A stretch of 64,000 nt of DNA from an uncultured Candidatus Saccharibacteria bacterium (lineage in GTDB: Bacteria; Patescibacteriota; Saccharimonadia; Saccharimonadales; 2-12-FULL-41-12). This document shows positions 61,948-64,000 of this stretch, piece after piece; position 1 is the stretch's first letter, and each line of letters starts with the position of its first letter. Location of the stretch: contig CAZYMH010000002.1 of assembly GCA_964648105.1 (NCBI GenBank), positions 54,101-118,100 on the forward strand, given 5' to 3'. The notes below the pieces were generated by a model. That model saw only the letters and a program-made list of their open reading frames with translations. It did no database searches and was not told the DNA's origin. The translations under genes and the position numbers were made by a program.

Positions 61948-64000
61948 ATGAAATTATCCAAAACTTATAACCCACGCGACCACGAAGACAAAATTTATGC
62001 CTTTTGGGAAGAAAAACAGGCTTTTTCACCACATATTAACCAAGATAAAGGCTATTTTTCGATGGTTATTCCGCCACCTAACGCTAACGGCGACTTACAT
62101 ATGGGTCACGGCCTGACTGTCGCAATCGAAGATATTGCCGTTCGCTATAACCGTATGCAAGGCAAAAATACTTTATTTGTCCCTGGAGCCGACCATGCTG
62201 GGTTTGAAACACAGACAGTTTACGAAAAACAGCTCAACCAAGCTGGCAAAAGTCGGTTTGATTTTAGCAGGGAAGAGTTATACGGACAAATTTGGGACTT
62301 TGTTGAGCAAAATAAAACTAGTTACCAATCTCAACTTCGTCGATTGGGAGCTAGCTTATCGTGGCCTGATTTTACGTATAGCTTAGACCCAAAAGTCATC
62401 AAAATCGCCTACCAAACCTTCCAAAAAATGTGGAATGAAAAGCTTATTTACAGAGGTGAGAGACTGGTAAATTACTGCACATTTCATGGTACTGGCTTTG
62501 CCGATATCGAGGTAGAGTACCAAACAAAAAAGGGAAGTATCTGGAGCATAAAATACCCATTAGCTGACGGCTCAGACGAAATAATTGTCGCAACTACGCG
62601 GCCCGAAACTATGCTTGGCGACACAGCCGTAGCCGTACACCCAGACGATGAACGCTACCAAAAACTCCTTGGCAAATCAGTGCGGTTGCCCTTAACCAAC
62701 CGTGAAATTCCGATCATTGCCGACGAATATGTCGATGTTAACTTCGGTACAGGTGCTGTTAAAATTACACCAGCACATGATCCTAACGATTACGACATGG
62801 CCAAAAGGCATAACTTACCGATGATTTCGGTGATTGGCCATGATGGACTGATTAATCATAATGCCCCTGAGGAATTTGTCGGTTTGAGCGTCCAAGAGGC
62901 TCGTGAGGCGGTTATCAAGAAACTGAAGGAGCAGGGTAGTCTAGCCGAAGTTAAAGACCACGAAAACAGCGTTGGTCATTGCTACAAATGCGGGACGGTG
63001 ATTGAGCCGCTACTAAAAGAACAGTGGTTTATCGATATGCAGACTCTAACTAAACCCGCGATTGAGGCGATAAACACTAAACAGCTCGAATTTTACCCAC
63101 AAAATCGGGCCACTCAACTAGTCGAATACCTCGAGAACTTACGTGATTGGAACATTTCTCGGCAAATTGCTTGGGGCATACCAATTCCAGCTTTTCAAAA
63201 CGCCGATAACCCTGACGATTGGGTTTTTGATGAGCGAGTTGACCAACAAATTATCGAGATCGATGGCCAAAAATATCACCGCGACCCTGATGTTTTTGAT
63301 ACTTGGTTTTCGAGTTCGAGTTGGCCATATGCTACGCTCGACTACCCCGATGGCGACAAATTTAAGCAATTTTATCCGCTTAGTTTGATGGAAACGGGCT
63401 TCGATATTTTGTACCCTTGGGTGTCACGTATGCTCATGATGGGCTTATACGTAACAGGGGAGGTACCATTCAAAAAAGTCTATCTACACGGACTTATCCA
63501 AGATGAACATGGGGCCAAAATGAGCAAAAGTAAGGGCAATGTGATTAACCCAATGGAAAAAATCGACGAATTTGGTTCCGACGCCTTTCGGATGGGAATA
63601 ATCGCCGACGAGTCACCAGCTAGTTCACGGCCATACGACCAATCTAAAGTAGTCGGTGGACGGAATTTTTGTAATAAACTATGGAATATTGCTCGCTATA
63701 TCGAGGGGAAATTGGGCGATCAGCTTGACTTAAGCTCCTTAGCTCAGCCAACTGGTATTGCTGATCACTGGATTTTAGCAAGGCTAGCTGGTGGTCAACA
63801 GACAATCAGCCAAAACCTTGAGCATTATCGCTTCGCAGAGGCCCGAAATCACGTTTATCACTTGATATGGGACGATTTGGCAGATTGGTATATTGAGGCC
63901 TCTAAACAGGCTCAAAACGCCTCAGTATTGAATTATGCTCTAGCAACAGTACTTAAGCTCGCCCACCCCTTTGCTCCATTTGTGACCGAAACTATTTGGC
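61948..64000 (+). CDS. valS: valine--tRNA ligase (3' end runs off the window)
   Basis: MKLSKTYNPRDHEDKIYAFWEEK, PPPNANGDLHMGH (HIGH motif), an editing-domain region and KMSKSKGN. The frame stays open to position 64000, so it is absent from the ORF track. Confidence 0.95.
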   Translation, partial: MKLSKTYNPRDHEDKIYAFWEEKQAFSPHINQDKGYFSMVIPPPNANGDLHMGHGLTVAIEDIAVRYNRMQGKNTLFVPGADHAGFETQTVYEKQLNQAGKSRFDFSREELYGQIWDFVEQNKTSYQSQLRRLGASLSWPDFTYSLDPKVIKIAYQTFQKMWNEKLIYRGERLVNYCTFHGTGFADIEVEYQTKKGSIWSIKYPLADGSDEIIVATTRPETMLGDTAVAVHPDDERYQKLLGKSVRLPLTNREIPIIADEYVDVNFGTGAVKITPAHDPNDYDMAKRHNLPMISVIGHDGLINHNAPEEFVGLSVQEAREAVIKKLKEQGSLAEVKDHENSVGHCYKCGTVIEPLLKEQWFIDMQTLTKPAIEAINTKQLEFYPQNRATQLVEYLENLRDWNISRQIAWGIPIPAFQNADNPDDWVFDERVDQQIIEIDGQKYHRDPDVFDTWFSSSSWPYATLDYPDGDKFKQFYPLSLMETGFDILYPWVSRMLMMGLYVTGEVPFKKVYLHGLIQDEHGAKMSKSKGNVINPMEKIDEFGSDAFRMGIIADESPASSRPYDQSKVVGGRNFCNKLWNIARYIEGKLGDQLDLSSLAQPTGIADHWILARLAGGQQTISQNLEHYRFAEARNHVYHLIWDDLADWYIEASKQAQNASVLNYALATVLKLAHPFAPFVTETIW

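Noticed and set aside
62135-63388. Three track ORFs (62135..62386+, 63139..63369-, 63143..63388+)
   Set aside because: They lie inside valS in other frames or on the other strand. The valS frame (from 61948) is open to the window end and carries the HIGH and KMSKS motifs.
1-64000. CRISPR arrays, IS/transposase genes, integrases, prophage blocks, toxin-antitoxin or known defence-system genes, rRNA/tRNA genes
   Set aside because: None was recognised by reading the ORF translations and the intergenic spacers. All spacers over 100 nt were inspected by eye. A tRNAscan/Infernal run would be needed to exclude small RNAs formally.
1-64000. Alternative genetic code (UGA recoding, as in some CPR lineages)
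   Set aside because: Conserved genes are full length under the standard code. TGA functions as a stop, for example in the ATGA overlap at 14394-14397 and at the end of the orphan at 58576-58578.

Overview
The window is gene-dense and AT-rich (roughly 40% GC by eye, not computed). I call about 65 protein-coding genes, more than three quarters on the minus strand. I recognised no rRNA, tRNA, CRISPR array, IS element or prophage. ORFs are long and intact under the standard code, and TGA is used as a stop. The content points to a Patescibacteria/CPR genome of the Saccharibacteria type: minimal housekeeping genes, a Gram-positive-style type IV pilus (T4P) locus without a secretin, and many small membrane-anchored orphan proteins. 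That taxonomic call is an inference, not a database hit.

Layout:
- 1-11.2 kb: one long minus-strand T4P operon, pilM-pilN-pilO-like-78aa-pilB-pilT-pilC-pilA-pilD followed by four pilin-like genes.
- 11.3-16.3 kb: three surface-protein genes directly upstream of pilM (419 aa CARDB-like, 195 aa TPR-like, 1038 aa secreted giant).
- 16.5-20.1 kb: ychF, an ABC-2 exporter pair and a beta-lactamase-fold protein.
- 20.5-35.9 kb: tlyA, an orphan, efp, rpsR-ssb-rpsF, two orphans, ftsK, rnj, a UDG, pnp, rpsO, truB and a degenerate DHH protein.
- 36-48.4 kb: rpsT, holA, mutM, polA, a polyprenyl synthase, a kinase, and dnaG-rpoD-sigma paralog.
- 48.4-64 kb: orphans, orn, a VanY-like peptidase, HAD hydrolases, argS, DUF1361, PGI/PMI, groES-groEL with a CIRCE operator, a MurE-like ligase, tsaD and partial valS.

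I did not recognise a clear-cut novel multi-gene system such as a defence or toxin locus. The best second-look candidates are:
- the surface-protein trio coupled to the pilus operon;
- a recurrent '-10 box 6-8 nt before the ATG, no SD' (leaderless) architecture at 14 starts;
- a DnaG whose four zinc ligands are all substituted;
- an Arg-type EF-P tightly coupled to an orphan gene;
- a catalytically degenerate NrnA-like protein with a long Pro/Glu-rich tail;
- a tandem sigma-70 paralog lacking the -10-melting aromatic residues;
- an N-terminally anchored protein ending in LPHTG;
- a 426-nt noncoding region upstream of valS.

All motif comparisons were done by eye against remembered family consensus sequences. 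No searches or computations were run.
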